Shown here: positions 30,939 to 38,458 of the stretch, one piece after another
How positions within the stretch are numbered: position 1 is the first letter of the stretch
Layout: every line of letters starts with the position of its first letter
Source of the DNA: a virus
DNA length: 38,458 nt
Virus record (IMG/VR): IMGVR_UViG_3300045988_156575
Strand: one strand, 5' to 3'
Notes under the pieces: generated by a model
What the model was told of the DNA's origin: nothing
The model's input: the letters and a program-made list of their open reading frames with translations, nothing else
Databases searched by the model: none
Program-made: the position numbers and the translations under genes

Positions 30939-31955
30939 GTGTACGTGAAGATACACGACATCGTCCCATATGAGCGAAATGCCCGGCACAACGCCTCCGC
31001 CGTCCCCGTGGTCGCCGACTCCATCAGGGAGTTCGGGCTGCGCGGGACCATCGGCCTGGAGAGCCGCGAGCGCCCGGTTATTGTATGGGGGCACACGCGC
31101 GTCGAGGCGTGCAGGAGCCTGGGGTGGGACGAGATTCCCGACTCCAAGATCGAGTACTGCGACGACCTGACCGACGAGCAGATCAAGGCCTTCCGCATCG
31201 CCGACAACAAGACCGGCGAGGTGGCGACCTGGAACAAGTCGATGCTGCGCGAGGAGGTCCGCAGCCTCAAGGACTTCGACATGTCGAGGTTCGGGCTCGA
31301 CTTCAAGAGCAAGCGGCTCGACTACGGCCACGAGCGCCTGAGGACGGACGACGCGTACAACCTGCGCCTCGTCAGCCGGTCCGACTGCGGCCGCGACGGC
31401 ATGCCCCGCATGAAGCGGTGCATGGCCAGGCCGGCGGACATGATCGGGTTCAACTACGCCAAGAGCACGCCCGAGGCCGACAAGGCCGGCCGCTGCTGCC
31501 ACTTCTTCATCGACGACTACCAGTTCGAGCGCGTGTGGGCCCGCCCCGCGGCCTACCTCGAGTGCCTGCGCGGCTTCGACTGCGTGCTCACGCCCGACTT
31601 CTCGCTCTACCTCGACATGCCAGACGCCATGCAGCGGTGGAACCGCTACCGCTCCCAGGCGCTCGGCCACTGGTGGCAGGAGCAGGGCCTCCGTGTAGTC
31701 CCCACCCTCTCGTGGGCGCAGCGCCGGAGCTTCCGCTTCGCGTTCGACGGCGTCCCGCGCCGCTCGACCGTCGCCGTGTCGACCGTCGGCGTGAAGGGGG
31801 ACGAGGGCGCGCAAGAGTTCTGGCATGAGGGGATGCGCGAGGCGATGAGGCGCCTGGAGCCGTCCCGCGTGCTCCTCTACGGCAAGAATATCGGATTCGA
31901 TTTCGGCGGCTGCGAGGTCGTCGAGTACAAGGCTGGTGGATTTCATGGGCGGTAG
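30939..31955 (+). CDS. ParB-like N-terminal domain fused to a DUF4417-like domain
   Basis: The N-terminus is IVPYERNARHN.....GHTRVEA. The C-terminus CCHFFIDDYQFERVW...LTPDFSLYLDMP...NRYRSQALG matches DUF4417 as I recall it. An alternative GTG start lies at 30945. Confidence 0.65.
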   Translation: MYVKIHDIVPYERNARHNASAVPVVADSIREFGLRGTIGLESRERPVIVWGHTRVEACRSLGWDEIPDSKIEYCDDLTDEQIKAFRIADNKTGEVATWNKSMLREEVRSLKDFDMSRFGLDFKSKRLDYGHERLRTDDAYNLRLVSRSDCGRDGMPRMKRCMARPADMIGFNYAKSTPEADKAGRCCHFFIDDYQFERVWARPAAYLECLRGFDCVLTPDFSLYLDMPDAMQRWNRYRSQALGHWWQEQGLRVVPTLSWAQRRSFRFAFDGVPRRSTVAVSTVGVKGDEGAQEFWHEGMREAMRRLEPSRVLLYGKNIGFDFGGCEVVEYKAGGFHGR

Positions 31956-32592
31956 AGGAAGCTGGTCGGCTACGCGGAAAGGGACGGGGACAACTAAGAC
32001 TTCCCCAGGCCGCTCAGGACAGAGAACGCCGCGCCCGATGGATGTGAAGCAGTTCCAAGGGATGACGCTTCAGGAAATCGAAGACAGGATTCGAGTGCTT
32101 GGCCATGAGGAGCTTTTCGTCATCGGCAAGGACGGCTCCGTCCTTTCCGCATATAGGGGCAACAGCAACAGCGTCGCGTTTTACAGTTCCGACCTGATGC
32201 GCCGCGGCGCGACCGTGACCCACGGCCACCCGAAGGGGGCGGAAGGTTACGGCGCAACGTTCTCGCTCCAGGACGTGCAGAATATGGCCGCGTCAAACTG
32301 GGCCGAGCACAGGGCTGCGGCGAGCGGCAAGAATGAGCTGAATTACATCATTCGCCGCAACCCCTCGAATACCGAAGCGAAGAGCAAGGCCCTATACGAG
32401 AAGATCGGAAAGGATTCGGCGAGCATCCAGGCCGAGATTAAAAGCGAGGCAAGAAAGGCCGGGGGGAATCTGTCTGCCGCGAGCAGGCGGCAGATTTACA
32501 CCGGCGTCCTCGACCGCTATTACTCAGAGACCCTTCCTAAGTACGGATTCGATTACATCACCCGCAATAAAGGGTACAATTACAACAGATAG
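31945..32592 (+). CDS. Hypothetical protein (MGGRGS... N-terminus) with an HxH...SxxD motif; lower GC
   Basis: The ATG overlaps the upstream gene end. The motif VTHGHPKGAEGYGATFSLQD is only loosely JAMM-like. Confidence 0.5.
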   Translation: MGGRGSWSATRKGTGTTKTSPGRSGQRTPRPMDVKQFQGMTLQEIEDRIRVLGHEELFVIGKDGSVLSAYRGNSNSVAFYSSDLMRRGATVTHGHPKGAEGYGATFSLQDVQNMAASNWAEHRAAASGKNELNYIIRRNPSNTEAKSKALYEKIGKDSASIQAEIKSEARKAGGNLSAASRRQIYTGVLDRYYSETLPKYGFDYITRNKGYNYNR

Positions 32593-32614
32593 CGGCAGGT
32601 AGGAGGCTACAGCC

Positions 32615-32782
32615 ATGAATGAGACAAAGTCCGGCCAGAATCCCTTCAATCTTTCCGACTTGAGTTTTGAGGAGTTCCGGAACCAAGGTGTCGTCGTGAC
32701 GGACGACGGCGCTTTCTTCGATGCTCTGGACGAGATGGTCGGCGTTGTCCCGAGGACAGACGAGCTTCTCGAAGGAGAGTAG
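32615..32782 (+). CDS. Small acidic protein (55 aa; not in the ORF track)
   Basis: An AGGAGG RBS lies 8 nt before the ATG. My translation is MNETKSGQNPFNLSDLSFEEFRNQGVVVTDDGAFFDALDEMVGVVPRTDELLEGE. Confidence 0.5.
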   Translation: MNETKSGQNPFNLSDLSFEEFRNQGVVVTDDGAFFDALDEMVGVVPRTDELLEGE

Positions 32783-32788
32783 CAGCCT

Positions 32789-33130
32789 ATGGCCGCAGAC
32801 GATTTCGACGTCGTTGTCTTCAAGGTACTGAGCTACCTGTATCAGTGCATCAAGGACGGCGTTGAGCCGAATCCGGCGAAGGCACAGGAGCTCGCGAAGA
32901 TAAATCCCGTCTATTGGCGGGCCGTCGTCTCTGATCTTATTGACCGCAAGCTGGTCGTAGCCACAGTCCTGAAAACGACGGGCGAGACGCTCTACTACGA
33001 CCTGCGCATCACGTCAGCGGGCGTCGATTACCTCAACGAGAGCCCGAAGATGCGCAAGGTGAAAGAGTTCCTGGGCACAGCGCTCGATGTGGCCATCCAT
33101 ATCGCAGTGGAGGCCACCAAGGCGCTCTAA
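32789..33130 (+). CDS. YjcQ-like winged-helix protein (tentative)
   Basis: 113 aa. The pattern ...FKVLSYLYQCIKDG....DLIDRKLV......ITSAGVDYLNES fits the YjcQ family as I recall it. Confidence 0.45.
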   Translation: MAADDFDVVVFKVLSYLYQCIKDGVEPNPAKAQELAKINPVYWRAVVSDLIDRKLVVATVLKTTGETLYYDLRITSAGVDYLNESPKMRKVKEFLGTALDVAIHIAVEATKAL

Positions 33131-33154
33131 TGGGCTTTATACCAGATTTCGCCA

Positions 33155-33178
33155 GCCGTCCCAAGGGGCGGCTTTTTT
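33155..33178 (+). terminator. Intrinsic terminator between the insert and terS
   Basis: The gccgtcc/ggggcggc stem has one wobble pair and is followed by TTTTTT (33173-33178). Confidence 0.55.
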
Positions 33179-33198
33179 ATGCCGATTGGAGGTGGCGG

Positions 33199-33582
33199 AT
33201 GCCCCTCGAGAAGCCCGCCGCGGTCGCCGGCGACCCCGTGAAGAGCGCCAAATGGGACGAGCTCACAGCCGGCCGCTCGTTCACCCAATCCGACGCGCCT
33301 ACGCTCGCGCTGCTGTGCCAGTGGTACAAGATCGTCCAGCTCGCCCAGGACGAGCTCGACAGCTTCGGCGAGCAGACCGCCTACCAGAACGACATGGGGG
33401 ACCTGAAGTCCTTCCCGCAGATAGCGACCCTGAAGACCGCGTCGGCGGAGATCAGGCAGCTCAACAAGCAGCTCGGCATAACCGACGGCCACGAGGGGGC
33501 GCCAGATGTCCGGAACGTCCAGACCAAGCTCTTCTCGATCGCCGAGCGCCACGAGGCGCGGAAGGCAAGAGCCGCGGTATAG
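33199..33582 (+). CDS. terS: Terminase small subunit (P27-family-like)
   Basis: The ATG follows a GGAGGTGG RBS. The pattern ...W..L.......D...L..LC.WY....AQDEL...G.........K..P........A..I..L...LGIT matches the P27 family. It lies directly upstream of terL. Confidence 0.65.
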   Translation: MPLEKPAAVAGDPVKSAKWDELTAGRSFTQSDAPTLALLCQWYKIVQLAQDELDSFGEQTAYQNDMGDLKSFPQIATLKTASAEIRQLNKQLGITDGHEGAPDVRNVQTKLFSIAERHEARKARAAV

Positions 33583-33589
33583 GGTCGCC

Positions 33590-35017
33590 GTGGGCGAGGT
33601 CGCCTACTCCGAGGGCGAGGACGCCGCCGAGCTGGGCGGGGACCTGGGCATGGAGCCCATCGAGTGGCAGTCCCTGGTTCTGTCCGATTGGTGCGCGTGC
33701 GACGCCGAGGGCCGCCCCGCCTACATCACGTGCGGCCTGGACGTGCCCCGGCAGAACGGCAAGAACGCCGTCATCGAGATATACGAGGTGTTCCGCCTGG
33801 CGGTCTGCGGCTGGCACATCCTCCACACCGCGCACCGCGTGAAGACCGCCAAGAAGGCGTTCAACCGACTCGTCCGCTACTTCACGGACAAGGAGCACCC
33901 AGAGCTCTCGTGCCTCGTCGAGAGGATCCGCCGCACGAACGGCGAGGAGGCCATCTACCTCACCAACGGCGGCTCCATCGAGTTCTCGGCGCGCACCAAC
34001 GGAAGCGCCCGAGGCTTCGATGACATCCAGCTCGTCGTGTTCGACGAGGCGCAGGAGCTCACCGACTCCCAGTACGACGCCATCATGTACACGCTCGCCG
34101 CCTCCGCGACCGGGGAGCGCCAGATCATCTACACGGGCACGCCGCCCAACGAGGACTGCCCCGGCACCGTGTTCGCGCGCACGCGCGCGGCCATCCTCGC
34201 CGGCGACATCCCGAGCACCGAGTGGTGCTCGTGGGCCACGGACGAGTGCCCGCGCCAGGACGCCACGTTCGACGACGTGGTGGACCTCATCTACGAATCG
34301 AACCCGAGCATGGGCATCATCCTGTCGCTCGACTTCACCCGCACGGAGTTCGCCGGCGGCTCGATCACCGGCTTCGCCCACGAGCGCCTGGGCTGGTTCA
34401 GCCCGGCCGCCATGCTCACGAGGGCCATCCCGCGGGAATCGTGGGGCGCCGCCCTCATCGACGCCATCGGCGACCGGTACCGCGGCAAGAAGGCCTTCGG
34501 GGTGAAGTTCTCGAGGGACGGGTCGACCTACGCGCTGTCGGGCTGCAAGCTCGGCCAGCGTGCGCTCAAGGGCAAGGCCGCCGTCGAGCTCATCAGGGTC
34601 GGAACGACGGCGGGCGGCGCCCGCGAGCTCGCCGAGTGGCTCTACGACCGCCGCACGACCGCGTCGGTCGTCGTCATCGACGGCATGTCGGGCGCCGACG
34701 CGCTCATCGACCGCCTCGCCGAGATGAAGCCGCCGCGCGGCTACGTCGTGAGGCCGCAGACGCGCGACGTGGTCGCCGCCGCCGTCGGCTTCGTGGACGC
34801 GCTCAACGACGGCACGCTCGCGCACACCTACGACCCGACGCTCGAGGATTCGGCGAGGAAGTGCGTGCGCAGGAAGATCGGGTCCCGCGGCGGGTGGGGC
34901 TTCGGCTCCCCCGAGGACGCGACCGTGTCGCCCGAGCCACTCGAATCTTGCTCGCTCGCGCTGTGGGGCGCGAGGAACACCAAGCGCAACCCGCGCAGGA
35001 AGCAGAGGACACTGTGA
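33590..35017 (+). CDS. terL: Terminase large subunit
   Basis: Walker A-like GLDVPRQNGKN and Walker B-like LVVFDEAQE. The start is uncertain: GTG 33590, or ATG 33506 overlapping terS. Confidence 0.85.
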   Translation: MGEVAYSEGEDAAELGGDLGMEPIEWQSLVLSDWCACDAEGRPAYITCGLDVPRQNGKNAVIEIYEVFRLAVCGWHILHTAHRVKTAKKAFNRLVRYFTDKEHPELSCLVERIRRTNGEEAIYLTNGGSIEFSARTNGSARGFDDIQLVVFDEAQELTDSQYDAIMYTLAASATGERQIIYTGTPPNEDCPGTVFARTRAAILAGDIPSTEWCSWATDECPRQDATFDDVVDLIYESNPSMGIILSLDFTRTEFAGGSITGFAHERLGWFSPAAMLTRAIPRESWGAALIDAIGDRYRGKKAFGVKFSRDGSTYALSGCKLGQRALKGKAAVELIRVGTTAGGARELAEWLYDRRTTASVVVIDGMSGADALIDRLAEMKPPRGYVVRPQTRDVVAAAVGFVDALNDGTLAHTYDPTLEDSARKCVRRKIGSRGGWGFGSPEDATVSPEPLESCSLALWGARNTKRNPRRKQRTL

Positions 35018-36537
35018 TCCAGAGAATTGGGCAGGGGGCCTCCGTCGAGACGCCGAACCTCGACGCCGTCCCCGAGCCGTACCGAGCCGCCGTGGAGGAC
35101 ATGTTCGACACCTGGGGCGACATGTCGGCGCGCAACACCGTCCTCAAGCGCTACTACGACATGAAGAACGAGATGAAGAGCCTCGGCATCTCCATCCCGC
35201 CCATGCTCGAGATGGTCAACTGCGTCACCGGGTGGTGCGCCAAGGCCATCAAGGCGCACTCCGTGCGCTCCGTCTTCGACGGCTTCGTCTTCGACGGCGC
35301 TGAGGACCAGGACCTCAAGCGCCTCGTGCGCGAGAACCGCCTGAGGTCGCTCTACCGGCAGGCGTGCGCTAGCGCCCTCACCTACGGCGTGTCGGCCATG
35401 ACCGTCATGAGGGGCGGCCCCGGACAGCCCGAGGCGATGGTCCGCGTGTTCAGCGCGAACCAGTTCTGCTGCCTGTGGGACAAGGACGCCCGCCGCATCC
35501 GCTGCGGCGTCGTCCTCGCCGACGTCGACAGGTCGGGCAACGCCTCCCGCTACGTGTGCCACTTCCCGGACGCGGTGCTCACGCTGGTGCGTATCGGCTC
35601 GGGCAGCGGCCCATATGAGTGGGGCTGCGAGACGGAGCCGAACCCCATGGGTCGCCCGCTCATGGAGGTGTTCACCTACGACCCCGACCCGGACCGCCCG
35701 CTCGGCCACTCCATGCTCACGCCCGAGATCCTGGGCATCGTCGACAAGGCCATGCGCGACGTGCTGCGCATGGAGGTCGGCGCGGAGTTCTTCACGTTCC
35801 CCCAGCGATACATCCTCGGCGCCAAGGACGACCTCTTCTCCGTGAAGGACGGGGACGGCGGGGAGGGCGATGGCGATGATGGGGACGAGGGCGGCCCCGC
35901 CACCCCGCCGTCGCCCATCGCCAAGTTCAACGCGTACGTCGGGTCGTTCCTCGCCATCACCAAGGACGAGGACGGCGACGTCCCGACCGTGGGGCAGTTC
36001 GCCGCGCCGACCGCCGACAACTTCACGCGCGTCTTCGAGAACGACGCGCAGCGGTTCTCCGGCGCGACCAACGTCCCGCTGGCGCAGCTGGGAGTGCTGT
36101 CGAACACCTACACGTCCTCGGACGCCCTGGGCGCGGCGAACGACCCGCTCATCCTCGAGGTGGAGCAGATCAACGAGCACAACGCCGAGGCGCTCGAGAC
36201 GGTCGCGCAGATGATGATGGCGGTCAAGGACGGCGTCCCGATATCCGGGCTCACCGACGAGCAGCGCGCCGTCCAGGCGTACTTCAAGGACCCCTCGATG
36301 CCGACCATCGCGGCGCGCGCCGACGCGTGGACGAAACTCGCCGCCGCGGACGAGAGCATGCTGGGCACCCGCGTCTACTACGAGGGCGTGGGCCTGTCCC
36401 AGCCGACCATCGACCGCCTGGAACGCGAGAAGCAGCAGGGCGGGGCCATCGCGGCGCTAAACGCCATGGCGGAGACGATGGCCGCGCAGGCCGCGAAGGC
36501 CGCGGCCCTGCCGCCCGCCGGCGGTGAGGCGGAGTGA
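35014..36537 (+). CDS. Portal protein (SPP1 gp6-like by size and position)
   Basis: The GTG overlaps the terL stop (GTGA). The 507-aa product has an acidic internal insert (GDGGEGDGDDGDEGG). It lies between terL and the MuF-like gene. Confidence 0.8.
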   Translation: MIQRIGQGASVETPNLDAVPEPYRAAVEDMFDTWGDMSARNTVLKRYYDMKNEMKSLGISIPPMLEMVNCVTGWCAKAIKAHSVRSVFDGFVFDGAEDQDLKRLVRENRLRSLYRQACASALTYGVSAMTVMRGGPGQPEAMVRVFSANQFCCLWDKDARRIRCGVVLADVDRSGNASRYVCHFPDAVLTLVRIGSGSGPYEWGCETEPNPMGRPLMEVFTYDPDPDRPLGHSMLTPEILGIVDKAMRDVLRMEVGAEFFTFPQRYILGAKDDLFSVKDGDGGEGDGDDGDEGGPATPPSPIAKFNAYVGSFLAITKDEDGDVPTVGQFAAPTADNFTRVFENDAQRFSGATNVPLAQLGVLSNTYTSSDALGAANDPLILEVEQINEHNAEALETVAQMMMAVKDGVPISGLTDEQRAVQAYFKDPSMPTIAARADAWTKLAAADESMLGTRVYYEGVGLSQPTIDRLEREKQQGGAIAALNAMAETMAAQAAKAAALPPAGGEAE

Positions 36538-37415
36538 TACCGCGCGAGGACTTCGACCGCTACGCCCGCGCGCTCGGCATCAACGCCGACCTGCTGCAGG
36601 CGGCGGTCGCGCAGGCGATAGACGAGTTCGCCGGACTCTACGGCGATGAGCTCTACCGGGCGCTGGCGCGCACCTACGCGGCGCTCGTGGCCAAGTTCGG
36701 CTCTTTTGCCGCCGCGGCGGCCGTCGAGTTCTACGCCGCCATGCGCTCGGGCGCCGGCCCGGCGCAGGGATACGAGCCGCGGCAGTTCGACCCCGGCCAC
36801 GGCGGGCTTCTCGCGAGCGACGTCGACGAGGCGCTGCGGACTTCCGCGGCCGCCACGGCGCTCGCGGCGACCGCCGTGCAGCGCGCCATGGGCTATGCGG
36901 ACGCCACGATCCAGGGCAACGCCATGGCCGACCCCGCGCACCCGCGCTGGGCGCTGGTGCCGCACGCGGGCGCGTGCGACTGGTGCCGGATGATCGGCTC
37001 TCGCGGCTTCGTCTTCAAGAGCTCGGCGACAGCCGGAGCCGAGCGCCACCCGAGCTGCAGGTGCATACCGGTCGCCGACTTCTCCGGCAGCCCCGCGCTC
37101 GACGGATACGACCCGTCGGCGCTCTACGACGAGTACCGCGGGAAGCACCCCGAATGGGGGTCCAGGCGCTCGGGGTCCCGCGGCCACCGCAGGGGCGGCA
37201 AGGTAGTCGCCGCGTTCGTGGACGGGAAGAGGTTCGGGAGCATCGGCGACATCCAGAGGTACATGGAGGGGGCATCGTCCCCGGACGACCTCAAGGCCCG
37301 CATGGCCACCGCGAACAGGGCGGGGCTGGCCATGGGCTTCAAGCCCGGGAGCCCCTACGCCAAGTCGCTCGCGCAGACCGCGGCGAGCGTGAGCAAGAGG
37401 CTCTCGGCCAAGTGA
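36534..37415 (+). CDS. MuF-like minor head / head morphogenesis protein
   Basis: It follows the portal gene. It contains the motif CDWCRMIGSRG...ERHPSCRCIPV. Confidence 0.7.
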   Translation: MIPREDFDRYARALGINADLLQAAVAQAIDEFAGLYGDELYRALARTYAALVAKFGSFAAAAAVEFYAAMRSGAGPAQGYEPRQFDPGHGGLLASDVDEALRTSAAATALAATAVQRAMGYADATIQGNAMADPAHPRWALVPHAGACDWCRMIGSRGFVFKSSATAGAERHPSCRCIPVADFSGSPALDGYDPSALYDEYRGKHPEWGSRRSGSRGHRRGGKVVAAFVDGKRFGSIGDIQRYMEGASSPDDLKARMATANRAGLAMGFKPGSPYAKSLAQTAASVSKRLSAK

Positions 37416-37598
37416 GGACGCCCCGTGGGAGGGCGGGCGCGACGCGCCATCAAGCGTCGCCGGCGAAGACACGCAACGCGCCGGCAGAAACATGAGGCCG
37501 CAGCCCGCACGGGAGGCGGCCTTTTCCATGCCCAAACACCGCCAGCGCCACCGCACGGGGCGCGAGGCGGGCCCCGCACGGGGCGGAAGGAGTGCAAG

Positions 37599-38159
37599 AT
37601 GCCGACCCAGCAGCAAGCCAACAACGTGACCGATCCCGTCGAGCCCCCGCAGCCCGCCGCGCCGGCGGAACCCGGCGCCGGCCAAGAGCCCGGCGCGCCG
37701 CAGGAGCCGCCCGCGATCGACTGGAAGGCCGAGGCCGAGCGATTCAAGAAGGAGTCCCGCAAGTGGGAGGCCCGGGCCAAGGAGAACAAGGGCAAGGCCG
37801 ACCTGTGGGACGCCCAGGGCGCGCAGGCGCCCACCGTCGAGTCCCTCAACGACGAGCTCAACGACCTGAAGGGACGCCTCGCCGCGTCCGAGGCCGAGCG
37901 CGAGCGCGAGCGCACGCTCGCCCGCGTGTCGCAGGCCACCGGCGTGCCGGCCGCGCTCATCCACGGCGACGACGAGGAGTCGATGACGGCATCGGCCAAG
38001 GCCGTAGCCGACTTCGCCGAGTCGCGCCAGCCGGGCTACCCGCTCGACAAGGGCGGATCAGGCGGAGGCAAGAAAGTGAACAGGGAGTCCATCGAGTCCA
38101 TCAAGGACCCCGCCAAGCGCATCATGGCCCGCGCCGCGCACATGGACCTCTACAAGTAA
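37599..38159 (+). CDS. Capsid scaffolding protein
   Basis: The ATG follows a GGAAGGAG RBS. The product has a Pro/Ala-rich N-terminus and a charged coiled-coil core, and lies immediately upstream of the capsid gene. Confidence 0.7.
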   Translation: MPTQQQANNVTDPVEPPQPAAPAEPGAGQEPGAPQEPPAIDWKAEAERFKKESRKWEARAKENKGKADLWDAQGAQAPTVESLNDELNDLKGRLAASEAERERERTLARVSQATGVPAALIHGDDEESMTASAKAVADFAESRQPGYPLDKGGSGGGKKVNRESIESIKDPAKRIMARAAHMDLYK

Positions 38160-38172
38160 GAAAGGGGCAAGC

Positions 38173-38458
38173 ATGCCAGTACCCGCAAACATCTCCGACT
38201 CCAAGGCCATCAACGCCTCGATGGACCAGGAGTTCATCCGCAACTTCGAGGGCGACCTCGACCGCCTGCTCGAGGTCCTCGGCATCTTCGGCGCCGAGAC
38301 CATCGCCGCCGGCACCACGCTCAAGATGCTCAAGGTGACCGGCGAGCTCAACAACTCCAAGACCGACGGCTCCAAGGAGTCCGCCACCGGCGATACCGCA
38401 GTCCAGCTTGGGTCCAGCTCGGGCACGTCCTACGTCGAGGGCGACGAGGTCGCGCTGT
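38173..38458 (+). CDS. Major capsid protein, N-terminal part (continues at nt 78 / nt 1-730 through the circular junction)
   Basis: The ATG follows an AGAAAGGGG RBS. The ORF runs off the window end in phase with 1..730. Confidence 0.8.
   Translation, partial: MPVPANISDSKAINASMDQEFIRNFEGDLDRLLEVLGIFGAETIAAGTTLKMLKVTGELNNSKTDGSKESATGDTAVQLGSSSGTSYVEGDEVAL
38382..38458. repeat. Terminal overlap copy 2 (identical to 1..77)
   Basis: Same 77-nt string as the window start. This looks like an assembly closure overlap rather than a biological repeat. Confidence 0.95.

Larger units (their letters stand above)
1..38458. mobile_element. Complete temperate siphovirus-like phage genome, circularly closed (unique length 38,381 bp)
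   Basis: The window holds full head, tail, lysis, lysogeny, early and packaging modules. Its ends overlap by 77 identical nt and one ORF reads through the junction in frame. Confidence 0.85.

Noticed and set aside
34222-35013. N-terminal 264 codons of the 771-aa ORF that contains the portal.
   Set aside because: This stretch is an Arg/His/Pro-rich off-frame reading of terL. The portal most plausibly starts at GTG 35014, overlapping the terL stop.
37416-37598. Possible small gene or ncRNA between the MuF-like and scaffold genes (start of track ORF 37425..38159).
   Set aside because: The upstream 58 codons are Arg-rich and overlie hairpins, for example aggccgc/gcggcct at 37495-37522 followed by TTTT. 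I treat the interval as an intergenic attenuator/terminator region and start the scaffold at ATG 37599 with its own RBS. There is not enough evidence to call an RNA gene.

Overview
No tools or database searches were used. Protein calls rest on motifs I recognise, gene order, RBS/start inspection and hand alignment, and are graded accordingly.

The window is a complete, self-closing genome of a temperate siphovirus-type tailed phage. Nt 1-77 are identical to nt 38382-38458, so the unique length is 38,381 bp, and the major capsid gene spans the junction. The sequence is visibly very GC-rich, which points to a high-GC Gram-positive host; Actinomycetota/Coriobacteriia is a low-confidence guess.

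Gene order on the + strand:
- capsid, connector and neck genes
- major tail protein
- tail chaperone with a canonical A_AAA_AAC -1 frameshift
- tape measure, a long FN3-decorated Dit-like protein, and a Tal-like hub
- fibre genes
- a complete diversity-generating retroelement (DGR)
- XkdW/XkdX-like genes and a lysis cassette (holins plus an amidase with ChW-like repeats)
- attP, carrying the 3' part of a tRNA-Lys(CTT)

The lysogeny block lies on the - strand: integrase, a HicB-HTH fusion, HicA, and a CI-like repressor co-operonic with a low-GC 305-aa orphan gene.

The + strand then continues with:
- a Cro-like switch and early genes: Xis-like HTH, ParB-like protein, a second tyrosine recombinase, a DUF6291-like replication-organiser candidate with internal iterons, Zn-ribbon proteins, and a Lar-like protein
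- a sigma-r4-like late regulator
- a 9 x 10-bp phased repeat array
- HNH endonuclease, ParB-DUF4417, and a lower-GC three-gene insert
- TerS (P27-like), TerL, portal, MuF-like protein and scaffold

The strongest signal is the DGR. The last tail-fibre gene ends in a 125-bp variable repeat. This differs from a downstream template repeat at 15 positions, all of them adenines in the template. An Avd-like gene lies between the two repeats and a YMDD reverse transcriptase follows.

The best candidates for something undescribed:
- the low-GC orphan gene transcribed with the repressor (rex-like position)
- the HicA / HicB-excisionase-HTH pair next to int
- the antisense-embedded membrane gene with a divergent 22-aa hydrophobic peptide
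- the helically phased 10-bp repeat array upstream of the packaging genes
- the lower-GC trio upstream of terS
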